From: Candidatus Zixiibacteriota bacterium
GTDB lineage: Bacteria; Zixibacteria; MSB-5A5; GN15; JAAZOE01
Direction: 5' to 3'
DNA: 64,000 nucleotides
Assembly (NCBI GenBank): GCA_043819555.1
Contig: JBDREQ010000027.1
Span: 1-64,000 of the forward strand
Part shown: piece after piece, positions 1-10,100 of the stretch
How the letters are laid out: each line of letters begins with the position of its first letter
How positions within the stretch are numbered: position 1 is the first letter of the stretch
The notes under the pieces: model-generated
The model's database searches: none
The model's input: only the letters and a program-made list of their open reading frames with translations
What the model was told of the DNA's origin: nothing
Made by a program: the position numbers and the translations under genes

Positions 1-108
1 CTGATTCTTTGCTTCAATAGCGCTTTTGGCCCCATACGTAAGCGAGGCGCCAATAAACGCAAATAGCAATAAGGAGAGGAGGAATAGTACTGAGGTTCTT
101 TTAATCAT
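1..108 (-). CDS. N-terminal fragment of a secreted protein (runs off the window start)
   Basis: Reverse strand from ATG at 108 reads MIKRTSVLFLLSLLLFAFIGASLTYGAKSAIEAKNQ (signal peptide-like), with a GGGGAG RBS upstream; open to position 1. Confidence 0.7.
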   Translation of the reverse strand, partial: MIKRTSVLFLLSLLLFAFIGASLTYGAKSAIEAKNQ

Positions 109-344
109 AAAAGCTCCCCTTTCGGATAGGTAAAAGTGTTACAATTGTAGTAGAGGATCTTGCCCTATACTATAATCATATTTGTATTCGGGATGTTGCT
201 AGCCCTCAAAAGTAATAACATAGATGAATCTTGAAGCCAGCCCCCTACATCCTATGTTAAATTAAATATATACAATTATCGAAAAGTTGCAACAGTTTTT
301 ACGGGGCTTAATGGGATTTTTAAATGCTCGGAATTTTGTCGAAT

Positions 345-372
345 ACAGGGGCCAAATTATATTGACCCCTGT
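345..372 (-). terminator. Hairpin downstream of the 392-2317 gene, probable intrinsic terminator
   Basis: Minus strand ACAGGGGTCAA-TATAAT-TTGGCCCCTGT stem-loop about 20 bp after the stop; U-tract is weak. Confidence 0.55.
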
Positions 373-391
373 TTGCAAACGCCGGGAAAAT

Positions 392-2317
392 TCATTTAAG
401 TAAAATCATTTTGCGGCTGTGAGTGAATTCATTAGCCGATATCCGATAGAAATAGATGCCGCTAGCAACAGCCATACCGTTTTCGTCTTTCCCGTCCCAC
501 GTGATTGTGTATTCTCCCTTTTCCATTTCCGAATTAATGAGTGTTTTTACGAGTTGTCCCAAAATATTATGTACATTTAGTTGAACGTGGCCGGCCTCAG
601 GTATTGTAAACATGATGCTAGTCACAGGATTAAATGGATTAGGGTAGTTTTGATTCAAAGCGTATCGCAGAGGAAGCGAAACCTCTTCATCTTCCAAATA
701 ACCTTTATTGCCGATCACCAGCCTGGCTGATTTTATTTCGTTCGCCAATATTAATTCAATTCCATCGCTGGGATAAATTGTGGTGCCGTTATCGAATGCC
801 AGTGCGGCATAATAGCCGGTTTCGAGATTGTTAAGTCCGTTTAGTGTTAAGATTCTGTTTGAACCTTCAGATATTTCAATATCCCAGGTGAGGCCGTCAG
901 ATATCTCGGGACGCATATCAATTCTTCTCAGGCGATTTCCATTTTCCGGCAATTTAAATGCCAAATATGGTGCATTTGGCGCCGGAGGAGGTTCCGATAA
1001 ATCATATTTATCACTTCCGGTCAAGGCGTCACTTTTGACTCCGGCAAAATTGGCGTCATCAATCAAGCCGTTTGATTCCAGTTTTAGTTCAACAAACCAA
1101 TCGTTTGAATTCTCTGATACAAATGGTTTATCAGCTGTAGGCGCTTTACTGGAGCTTTGGCGATAACGGACCCATACGGAAATGCCATCTCGATGAGCGA
1201 AGATGAAACCGCCATCCCATGAGGGAATGTTCGTTACGTTCTGATATGAAGCGCCATTATACCAATAGAAGGCATTGTCTATGAGTGAATCCGGGTGACC
1301 GGTAACTATAGTTCCGTTGTACTCAATCAAGATTTCGGCAAAACTTACGTTGAAAGCAAAGGGATTGGCCACCAAATTCCATCCGGAATCAAGATCGATT
1401 ACATAATAGGGATTTCCCAGGTGCTCCTGAGTAGGCCGTACTGACGAACCGGCCGAACCATAGGTTAATCCGCCTCGAGCTATCAACCAGTAACCCCGTC
1501 CTGGGATTACTGTAGAAACTGACGGGAATTCGCTTACTGTTCCGGTACCGCTATTGAAGCTGCCCAACCGCCAAACGGTTTTGTCGGCGCTGCCCAGATC
1601 GTCAGTGAAGACGGTCGATGCAGAGGCCGAATTTGGGTCAAACGGCAATCCGATAATGCGATATTGAGCTTCCGGCATAGGAACGGGACGCTGGGCCTCG
1701 GCATTATCCAATTCGACCACAAACACATACGGCTCCTGGGCCGTGCCAATATTAATGGTTGACGCGTCACGAGTGATTGTAAAGTAATATTCGACGCCGC
1801 GCATGCCCAGTAAACTGGCTGGGAAGTTGTAAATTAGCGTGTCGCCTGTTCCCGCCGACATTTGAGCCGAACTATCACCGAGCTGGCCGCCTTGACGATA
1901 ATGTATTGTCCCCAATGCGGTTCCGGTGCCGCCGGAATATGAGACTTTTAATATCTGCTGTACGTTTTCGACAGATTCGATGCTGGCGCGATCATAGGAG
2001 ACCAAAACTTGAGTCAGATCTGTAAGCGGTCCGATTAATCCGCCAGAGGCGACATAAGATCCGCTTGCGGAAACGCCTGAGCCGGTTAAAGGCACATTGC
2101 CGGTTAATGCGAAGGAGGCCGAAGCCGATGTTCCACCACCGCCTATCGGCCCACTAATTGTAAGCGAGTAATTATTACTGGCCGATTGAGCCAGGGCGTT
2201 GGCTGCCGGATATAAAACCAGAATCGAAATTACAACAACAAGTCTGATAATTGACTTAAGACCGAATTGTCCTTTAAAGTAAAATTCGGTATTCGATACA
2301 TTATTAAAACAGTTCAT
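392..2317 (-). CDS. Secreted protein with C-terminal FlgD Ig-like / T9SS type A-like sorting domain
   Basis: Signal peptide-like N-terminus; C-terminus LNQNYPNPFNP...WDGKDENG..VASGIYFYRI...RKMILLK; true start may be downstream of the ORF start. Confidence 0.85.
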   Translation of the reverse strand: MNCFNNVSNTEFYFKGQFGLKSIIRLVVVISILVLYPAANALAQSASNNYSLTISGPIGGGGTSASASFALTGNVPLTGSGVSASGSYVASGGLIGPLTDLTQVLVSYDRASIESVENVQQILKVSYSGGTGTALGTIHYRQGGQLGDSSAQMSAGTGDTLIYNFPASLLGMRGVEYYFTITRDASTINIGTAQEPYVFVVELDNAEAQRPVPMPEAQYRIIGLPFDPNSASASTVFTDDLGSADKTVWRLGSFNSGTGTVSEFPSVSTVIPGRGYWLIARGGLTYGSAGSSVRPTQEHLGNPYYVIDLDSGWNLVANPFAFNVSFAEILIEYNGTIVTGHPDSLIDNAFYWYNGASYQNVTNIPSWDGGFIFAHRDGISVWVRYRQSSSKAPTADKPFVSENSNDWFVELKLESNGLIDDANFAGVKSDALTGSDKYDLSEPPPAPNAPYLAFKLPENGNRLRRIDMRPEISDGLTWDIEISEGSNRILTLNGLNNLETGYYAALAFDNGTTIYPSDGIELILANEIKSARLVIGNKGYLEDEEVSLPLRYALNQNYPNPFNPVTSIMFTIPEAGHVQLNVHNILGQLVKTLINSEMEKGEYTITWDGKDENGMAVASGIYFYRISANEFTHSRKMILLK

Positions 2318-2319
2318 AT

Positions 2320-3225
2320 TTACCTCAATTCATTTTCGATATCCTGTAAATGAGGAGCAGCGTTATCTATTAAGTCCGAGCCTGCTTTTACCGGATTGCT
2401 GACTATCCCATAATTAGTTGGAAAGTAGCAGGCGGTTATTTCCAGATTATAAAATTTGTCATCCGGATTATATCCGGTAAGGACTTGGCTATTTATATAA
2501 AATTTATAAGTCCCGGCAGTCGGGATTGTAAAGACCTTTTGTAAGGTTATTGGTTCTGCATATGTGCCAGTTGGTGCCGCACCGGGAAGACTTTTCCAGA
2601 CAAACCCGAAATCAGAAGAGTCTATCGATTTTTGGTCAGATAAATCTATATTAATCCAATCGGTAATTCCAGCAGTATGTGAGAATTTGTAAGTTGCTGT
2701 GGCAGTGACATGTACAAAACCGGAAGCTGGGATTTGAATAGTTACCGAATCCATAGCCATGACCGAAGCAGACAGATCTCTCGTTCCAAATGGTAGAGAC
2801 GCACGATAAGCGATGCCCGGTTCATGGGAAGTTCGCGCCGCGGTGTGAGACGCGGGTGAGGAAGTCAAAAGCTGGCGGGGCATCATCGCGCCGTCGCCTT
2901 CAACGTTGATACCCAGATACCTTTTGGATCCATTCAAAACGCCTGTGCTTAAGGGTCCCAATTCAACCGTGAAAACTCCGTTTTCATCAGGCGAAACCGT
3001 CATTGTTGTATCATATAGAACAACAGTGGAGATATCGGGGGCGGTTCCGATTGTGAACAGGACACTGACCGGCGAATTAATGGGATTACCGTCACCGTCG
3101 GTTAGCCGGCCCTGGTACATGATAGTGTTGGCCGTACTGTCAATAACTTGCGCCATCGAAAGAGCAGAAATTGAAATCGCGATGATTGCTGTCAGATAAA
3201 CGATTTGAATTATACCGGATCGCAT
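2320..3225 (-). CDS. Secreted hypothetical protein with N-terminal YQGRLTD module (surface/fibre-type protein)
   Basis: Signal peptide followed by IMYQGRLTDGDGNPI...GVFTVELG...RYLGINVEGD..M.PRQLLTSSP; AGGAG RBS. Confidence 0.7.
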   Translation of the reverse strand: MRSGIIQIVYLTAIIAISISALSMAQVIDSTANTIMYQGRLTDGDGNPINSPVSVLFTIGTAPDISTVVLYDTTMTVSPDENGVFTVELGPLSTGVLNGSKRYLGINVEGDGAMMPRQLLTSSPASHTAARTSHEPGIAYRASLPFGTRDLSASVMAMDSVTIQIPASGFVHVTATATYKFSHTAGITDWINIDLSDQKSIDSSDFGFVWKSLPGAAPTGTYAEPITLQKVFTIPTAGTYKFYINSQVLTGYNPDDKFYNLEITACYFPTNYGIVSNPVKAGSDLIDNAAPHLQDIENELR

Positions 3226-3259
3226 CCTGTCTCCTTAATTATATTCAATATCTCCCCCA

Positions 3260-3937
3260 TTATTTCTTTGAAGCCGGGGGATCAGGAAATCCCGGAAGAG
3301 TATTATCAACCGGCTCCGCATCGCCTCCTCCTCCGCCAGAAGCGGCCACAACTACCGCCGCAACAACTCCAACGCCCAGACCGATAGCCCACCATTTGGT
3401 GTACCAGGGTTTGGCTTTTTTAATGCCATCCCCGGTTTCGATGACAGCGGGAGTTTCCAATGCGGGTTCGGAAGTAATCTTTTCAATAACGGGCAACGGT
3501 TCTTTATCGGCTTCTTCATCCACCAGAATTTTGGCTTCATTCATCATTTCGATAAATTCGGTCGAGCTGATATCTAATTCGCCGCGCCAGTCTCGATAAG
3601 ATTCAAAAGCGGCTTTAAATTGTTCAATTACCCGCGCTTTTTTATCTTTGTCGTTTTTCAATTTTGCGTAATAGACCGCGGCCAGAAGAACGTGAGCGTC
3701 CGCTTTTTGCTCGATTGATAATTGCTCTCCCTTTAAGTAATCGAGGATCTCCTGCTCGGCACAATCATAGTTGAGAGATTTAAAACTTATCCGAGCGTTG
3801 TCGAGTGAAGGATTGGTCTTGTCATAGGGGCAATTTACCGGCTCCGCCGCCACCAGCGATGGCGCTACTATCATCTGTAAAAAACAAACGATGAGCGAGT
3901 AAATTACCGCTCGATATATGAGGCTGTTTTTGCGCAT
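3260..3937 (-). CDS. Exported TPR-like protein with C-terminal hydrophobic anchor
   Basis: AGGAGGT RBS before ATG 3937; signal peptide; helical repeat region; C-terminal KPWYTKWW-hydrophobic-GGGGG-LPGFPDPP. Confidence 0.7.
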   Translation of the reverse strand: MRKNSLIYRAVIYSLIVCFLQMIVAPSLVAAEPVNCPYDKTNPSLDNARISFKSLNYDCAEQEILDYLKGEQLSIEQKADAHVLLAAVYYAKLKNDKDKKARVIEQFKAAFESYRDWRGELDISSTEFIEMMNEAKILVDEEADKEPLPVIEKITSEPALETPAVIETGDGIKKAKPWYTKWWAIGLGVGVVAAVVVAASGGGGGDAEPVDNTLPGFPDPPASKK

Positions 3938-3967
3938 AAAACCTCCTGATTGAATGCTATTCAAACT

Positions 3968-5773
3968 TTATTGCTGAGACCAGTAAATAACCATTGGCAC
4001 TGAGTTTATTTGCTCATCGCCTTCGGCTCCCAGCATAATATTTCCTTTTTCACCATATATAATATTTCGTGGTCCTCCCCCATATGGGAAAGTCACGCAC
4101 GAATCGATTCTTGAATTTTTGTCCGCCCCCGGCTGTAACGGTTTAATAACCAGAGAGACGAACCACTCGCCTTTGACCTGGCGCATATCAAGGACCGGAA
4201 AATTTGTAAATGTCCGCATGCGGCCGTTAAACGATATTTCCAGAATATGCTGATCGGTTGGAGGCGAAAGAGCTATCTGCATATCGATCAGTTCCGATTG
4301 ACCATATTCGGCGATTAAGTCAATTGCTATGTTTTCGTTTCCCTGTGCCAACCTCAATGGCTTTCTATAAAGTGGAAAATCGGGATGCATGGCAACCAGT
4401 TCATGATTGCCCGGAGTTATTTCGGCTCTCTTGTCGGCGTCCCATTTGTTTCCATTAATCGTCAATACCATATTGTCAGCCGGGGCGGCCTGCACCAAAA
4501 GCTGGCTCATCGGCGGCGGCGGAGGTTCTTCAGGTTTTGAGTTCTCATTAGAGGGAATGGTTTCAGTTTTGGCTTTGGTCTGGATATTTGCCTGTTTGGA
4601 AACTTCTCGCTGAACAAGATTTTTATCAATATCCCGATTGGCTGATGGTTCCTCTTTTGTTGCGTTTGTTATTCGCTTATTTTTTTCGAATGTCTGTTCC
4701 GCCATTTTGGCGGCATCCTGAATGATTGTATCTGCCGCATCGCCATTGCTATCGTTTGTGAGCGTTATTTCGTCAGGCGCCTGCGCCAATTCCGTCTGTT
4801 CATCCGATTGCGTTGACGTAAAATACTGATTCCATATACCAGGGCCATATTGCCAGCCCGCGAGGGCGAGAATAATTATTAATAAAGCGCCGACAAGGGT
4901 TTTAATCGGGAATTTCTTGCCGGGACCGAAGGCGAATTCGAGTGCATCAAGATCCGCGGCCATGTCGGCCGTGGATTGGTATCTTTTTTCGGGATCGGGA
5001 TGAGTCGCTTTGAGGAGAATGCGGCGGAGTTCGGGAGACAATTTTTCGGCGGCTCGGCCTCCCCATTCGGAGAAAATCGGATTGACAGGATTGCGATAAG
5101 GTAAACTGTTAGTTGCGAAGTTAAACAGAGTTATACCCATCTCATAGATGTCGCTTTTAAACGGATTATAATTTTTTTCGCCCGTCTGACGTTCGGGTGC
5201 GGCAAACATTGGTGTTAAGGCGGTATAGGCGGTTTTAGTCGCATCCCCGCCGATTTCTTTGGCAATGCCAAAATCTATTAGATAAACATGTTCATTTTTA
5301 TCGACCAGGATATTTCCCGGTTTGATATCGCGGTGCGCGATTTTTTGCTTATGAGCGTAAGCTACGGCTTTGCTCATTGAACGGGCTACATTCAAATATA
5401 ATTTTTCCGGAAGGGCGCCTTGAGATTTCAATATTTTGCCGCCATCTTCGCCATCGATAAAAGCGACTACGGCCGCGCCTTCATCGGGGAGATAATCGAG
5501 TACGCGGCAAATATTGGGATGATCGAGCTGGCACAGGATGCGGGCTTCTTTGTCAAATTTTTCGCGTGATTGAACTCTCTTGAAGAACTTTATAACAACC
5601 CGTTGTTCGGTTAAATTCTGGTTATAACCGGCATAAACCTCGCCGAAACCTCCACCTCCGATATAGGTTTCGATTTTGTATTTTCCCCCGATGACCCAGC
5701 CGATTATACCCAGCGGATCGGGATTGTTTTGAGCGGAACCCTCATCTAATATAGTATCATTATCGTCCGGCAT
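3968..5773 (-). CDS. Membrane-anchored Hanks-type Ser/Thr protein kinase with extracytoplasmic PEGA-like region
   Basis: GGGGFGEVY, VVIK, HRDIKPGN, DFG and APE motifs; one TM helix (LVGALLIIILALAGW); start placed at ATG 5773 after GGGAG. Confidence 0.92.
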   Translation of the reverse strand: MPDDNDTILDEGSAQNNPDPLGIIGWVIGGKYKIETYIGGGGFGEVYAGYNQNLTEQRVVIKFFKRVQSREKFDKEARILCQLDHPNICRVLDYLPDEGAAVVAFIDGEDGGKILKSQGALPEKLYLNVARSMSKAVAYAHKQKIAHRDIKPGNILVDKNEHVYLIDFGIAKEIGGDATKTAYTALTPMFAAPERQTGEKNYNPFKSDIYEMGITLFNFATNSLPYRNPVNPIFSEWGGRAAEKLSPELRRILLKATHPDPEKRYQSTADMAADLDALEFAFGPGKKFPIKTLVGALLIIILALAGWQYGPGIWNQYFTSTQSDEQTELAQAPDEITLTNDSNGDAADTIIQDAAKMAEQTFEKNKRITNATKEEPSANRDIDKNLVQREVSKQANIQTKAKTETIPSNENSKPEEPPPPPMSQLLVQAAPADNMVLTINGNKWDADKRAEITPGNHELVAMHPDFPLYRKPLRLAQGNENIAIDLIAEYGQSELIDMQIALSPPTDQHILEISFNGRMRTFTNFPVLDMRQVKGEWFVSLVIKPLQPGADKNSRIDSCVTFPYGGGPRNIIYGEKGNIMLGAEGDEQINSVPMVIYWSQQ

Positions 5774-5987
5774 TGACGGCTCCCTGCCTGAATATATTAG
5801 TAGCCATCCGGGCACAATTTTAAACCTTGTTTATTCTTACCCGATTCGGCATATCACTCCATTACAATCTAAAGTGTATTGTGTTTTAATTAATTAGCGC
5901 AACAAATTTTTTCAAAAAAATGTCTGCACACGATGAGAAAACCTAAAGATTATGTTATTTTTATGAATTAACGCACTTAACAAAATG

Positions 5988-6017
5988 TTGACTTGAGAAG
6001 CGTATTGTATGTATAAT
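5988..6017 (+). promoter_or_regulatory. Sigma70-like promoter for the PAAR/effector operon
   Basis: TTGACT-18 bp-TATAAT, about 40 bp upstream of ATG 6059. Confidence 0.6.
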
Positions 6018-6058
6018 GCGATAGCTCAATATCAAATTGTTCAAAAGGATAGGCGAGG

Positions 6059-7117
6059 ATGGCCGGAAAACCCGCAGTTTGCGTCGGAGATCAAACAGCC
6101 CATGGGGGCGTTATAACTGGCCCCGGGTGCCCGACGGTATTAATCGGAGGCAAACCGGCGGCGGTGATGGGGGATATGCATGTTTGCCCGATGCAAACCC
6201 CTGCGGTAGTTCCCATTCCACACGTAGGCGCAACAGTTATTGCCACAGGAGTATTAGTCTTGATAGGTGGTAAACCGGTGGCTCGCATGGGAGATACGGC
6301 GATTTGCACCGGTCCCCCGGACGCATGCATCGTCGGATGCCCTACGGTTTTAATCGGTGACGGCGGCGGCGGTGGCGGCGGAGCCGGAATGGGGCAAGAT
6401 GCCAAAAAGGCGACCGGTTCGACGGCAGCCGTGGAAGATAAAGAGGCACATTACCTCGACGTGAAATTCAAAGATAAAGGCGGCAAACCGATTACTGGAG
6501 TCGATTATACAGTCAAGGGTCCTGATGGTCGCAAGATTCCGGGGAAACTGGTAGGGCAGATTAAGAAAATCGGCGTCGAAGAGGGAATTTATGAGATTGA
6601 GTTGAAAGCCATCACCGACGCCAAATGGTCGAAAGAATCGGCCAAATTGGGCGACAAAGTAAAACTGCAGGCCGAAACTTCCGGCATCGAGGATGGTACC
6701 GACGCTGAATTTAATATATATGTTTCGGATATAAATTTCCCTGAAGAAAAATTGACAGCAATTACAACAAAAGTATCCGGCGATAAGGCAGAAGTTGAGT
6801 GGGAATTAAAAATTGATAAAGATTTATTATCAATACAGGACGGCAAAGAAAAAAAGAAAAATTACAGCTCACCTTCATTTTGCTTTGAAGTTATTGCCGA
6901 TGGTTCCAAAAGACGCTCCAAGTACACTACTTATAAAGCCGAAGTCAAAATCAAATTGATAGATAAAGACGGCAATCCTGTAAAAGACGCCAAGTACCGG
7001 GTGAAAATGCCGAATGGCAAAATCGTATCTGATAAACTGGATTCCAAAGGCGAGGCGACTGTTAAAGATGTTCGCCCGGGACGGGTGCGCGTTTCATATG
7101 AACCAAAGAAAGATTGA
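6059..7117 (+). CDS. PAAR-domain spike tip protein with C-terminal extension
   Basis: Three PAAR-like motifs (GKPAVCVGD, GKPAAVMGD, GKPVARMGD) with His/Cys candidate Zn ligands; poly-Gly linker; beta-rich C-terminal domains. Confidence 0.92.
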   Translation: MAGKPAVCVGDQTAHGGVITGPGCPTVLIGGKPAAVMGDMHVCPMQTPAVVPIPHVGATVIATGVLVLIGGKPVARMGDTAICTGPPDACIVGCPTVLIGDGGGGGGGAGMGQDAKKATGSTAAVEDKEAHYLDVKFKDKGGKPITGVDYTVKGPDGRKIPGKLVGQIKKIGVEEGIYEIELKAITDAKWSKESAKLGDKVKLQAETSGIEDGTDAEFNIYVSDINFPEEKLTAITTKVSGDKAEVEWELKIDKDLLSIQDGKEKKKNYSSPSFCFEVIADGSKRRSKYTTYKAEVKIKLIDKDGNPVKDAKYRVKMPNGKIVSDKLDSKGEATVKDVRPGRVRVSYEPKKD

Positions 7118-7132
7118 CATTAGCGAGGATTT

Positions 7133-10100
7133 ATGCATGGTCCGGAAGTAGTCGGTGTTGGCGCTGAAGCGGTGGCTGATGCCGGTGGTGAAGCCGAACA
7201 TCGAATTGTTGCCATACCAATTGATATCATTGAATTTGAAAACACTTTGTTCAATGATGGCAGTTCGGTATTGATGCCGGATCGGGTTAATGATGCTGAA
7301 GCCGACACCCCTCCTCCGCCCGGTTTTGCCCTCATTGCTCTGGCTTATAAGCAATTTGAGATGGATGACCGCAAGAAAATGCTGGTGTCGGGTCATCATG
7401 ACGCTGGCGAAAATTTTGCGGAAAATCGAAGCCTTTCAGAATTTCGTGCCAAGAGCGTTCTATATTTATTGACTGGCAATAAGAATCAGTGGGCGGTAGT
7501 TTCGGCCGGGCATCATCAAATAATAGATTTTAAAAGAGTAATGGCTTATTTCAGCCGTGTTAAAGGTTGGAATTGTGCTCCTCCTATGATAAACAATGAG
7601 TGGGCGGAAGCGGATGGGCCGATGGTTCAACGATTTTTCAACCGTTATAATCGTTCAGCATCAAGAGCCGCACGAGTTCCCGGTAATTTTCATGAAGCGA
7701 TAAATACAAGTGAAAACCATCTCTGGCCGGAAAGGGCCTGGGAAGTAGTGTACGATCTTTATATGGATGGCATCAGGCGGGCTCTGGGCGTGCGATTGAC
7801 AGAAATGAATACTCTGCGGGGAATGCATCAATATGCCAATCCGGCTCAATGGCTGTCATGCGCCAATAGAATTCCAGTCCATGCTGATTTTCAGGATCGC
7901 TATCGGGGCGGTAATAATAATTGCCGGGTGGAGATATTGTTTTTCAATCAGGACATTAATGTTCTAACCTGCCCTGTAGCGGAAGCTGTCGCCGAAAGGT
8001 TTCCAATGTGCGAGCGGGGAGGATATGAACTTACTTTTTGCGATATTGAGGACCTCAATGCCTGGCCCTATCATTTGAAATTTACCTATTACAATCGAGT
8101 TAAGAATTCGGTTGAAAATGTTATTAATTGCCTGGAATTAAAGGCCTACTCCGGAAACAGACGACAAGAAGTCAATAATGTACGACAGTCATTTAGTGAT
8201 GGAGTCTATACGGTTAAGGTTCCCCAAAACAGAATCCGAAATCAGATTCATTTTGGATTTGAAACGGTTCCGGGCGATCCATACCCGCCGGGCAATACGA
8301 TCTTTCTTTATACCGATGCCGCGGCTTCGGTCCCGGAAAGAAGATCCTTATCAACCGCGCAGGTGACGGCTCTGACGGCTCTAAACCGACAGAAATATTA
8401 TGATTTGCCTTACAAATGGTCCACCCGCAACTACTGGACCCGATATCAGGATGGGCGCAATATCGAAGGCGGTCGTTATCGGCAGGTTGTCAGAAGAGAG
8501 CTTCGTTTAAAACCGCATGGCAACAATAAGACTAAAGCCAGCGAACCACTGACGTTTTCGCTGGATGATATAGTATTGGCAAAGAACAACCACAGTCAGC
8601 AGATAAAAGATTTACTTCCCAACGGGACGACCGAACGAAATCTGAACAATAATTCCCGTTATGCGCTATTTCATATCGAGCACCGCGATATCGCGGGTCA
8701 GCCGGAAGTCGCTTATGATAATAAGAAACTTAAAGCGTTGAGGATTCACGACCCCAAGGTTGATGAGCCGAGTTTTACCGATGTCGAATTTAATAAGAAT
8801 TTGATCACCGATGTTCCCGATGATACCAGAGTAATTTGTTTCGCCGGCAAATTTCATGATGTTTATGATAAACGGTCGCATGACCGCGATCCTGAATTTA
8901 GTTTTAATCGCGATCATGTTATGGGAGCTCGTTTGGCGGTTTTGGAAGATACATCGATTCATATTAAGAAAGTAGTCGATGCTGAAAATGACGCTGATGC
9001 GCGGACAAAAAACTACGGACTTAGGAAACGAAACGATTTGGCGGCGGTAGGCAATTATGAGATGCACTATTTTCATAACTGCGCCACGCTCAATAATAAA
9101 ATGCTGGCTTATCTAATTATTTACTGGTCAACCCGTCTGACTCGAGTTAATAAATCGGGAGGCAGACAACGGGGCACCGTCGCCGATGTGACCGATCATC
9201 GCGAAGCGGGCATGGATAATGCGATGAAACGGACCAATAAGAACTACCTGATAACAAAGCACGGTCCTCCGCCGGCGCCTCCTCCTCCCGATGCGGATCC
9301 GGTCCCGGATCCCCATGATATCATAATTCGGCCGTTTCACTTTTATGAGTGCAAGAGAGATGGCCGTGGAGGCAAAGCAAAAGCAGTGACTAATATCATT
9401 CTCAATTCTCTCAGCGGCGGCGGGGCTGCGGGGGCATGGATGATGCCGACCGAAGCACAATTGCGCGCTCGAGATTTTCAGGACGATCCCAATTATTTTG
9501 CCACGCCCGATCCCGATAACAACCTCGCGGATACGGACGGGAATACTTTTAATGTGCTGACCAATCATCATGAATTCGGCCACGCCACGGGTAATTGGGA
9601 TGATTATCTTTATGATTTTGAAGACAGCTCCAGCAATAATTGGGATGATTTACCCAAATACAACCAGCCATATACCGCTGAAGGCGGACCATATGTATGC
9701 GACAAATTGTCGCGTATGCGGATAAACCGCACGCCGCGCATGAGAGATTTTTGGAAATTTGTATGCTGGCTGCACGATGATTCGGTCGATAACACAAAAC
9801 CGTTGCATCTTTTCTTTCACAATACCGAGTTCAAGCTGACGTATAAAGCGACCGGCGCCCTGACTCACAATTTTCTGCTTGATGACGCGCACCGCAACGT
9901 GGCTGAGGCGGCTCGGACGGAAATAAATTATGCCATTGTACCGAATGTAGCTTGTGATTTGCTGTTGTATAAGCTTGGTGACGGCGAGTTGAGCCGTATG
10001 ATCCACGCCGGCCAGGTTTTTGATTCAATTCTGGTCGTGAGGACGAAGCTGGCGATAAAGTATGATATCAATCCGACAGCCTGGGATTTTACAACCGCGC

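Noticed and set aside
6091..6405. Pro-rich antisense ORF
   Set aside because: Reverse complement of the Gly-rich PAAR domain
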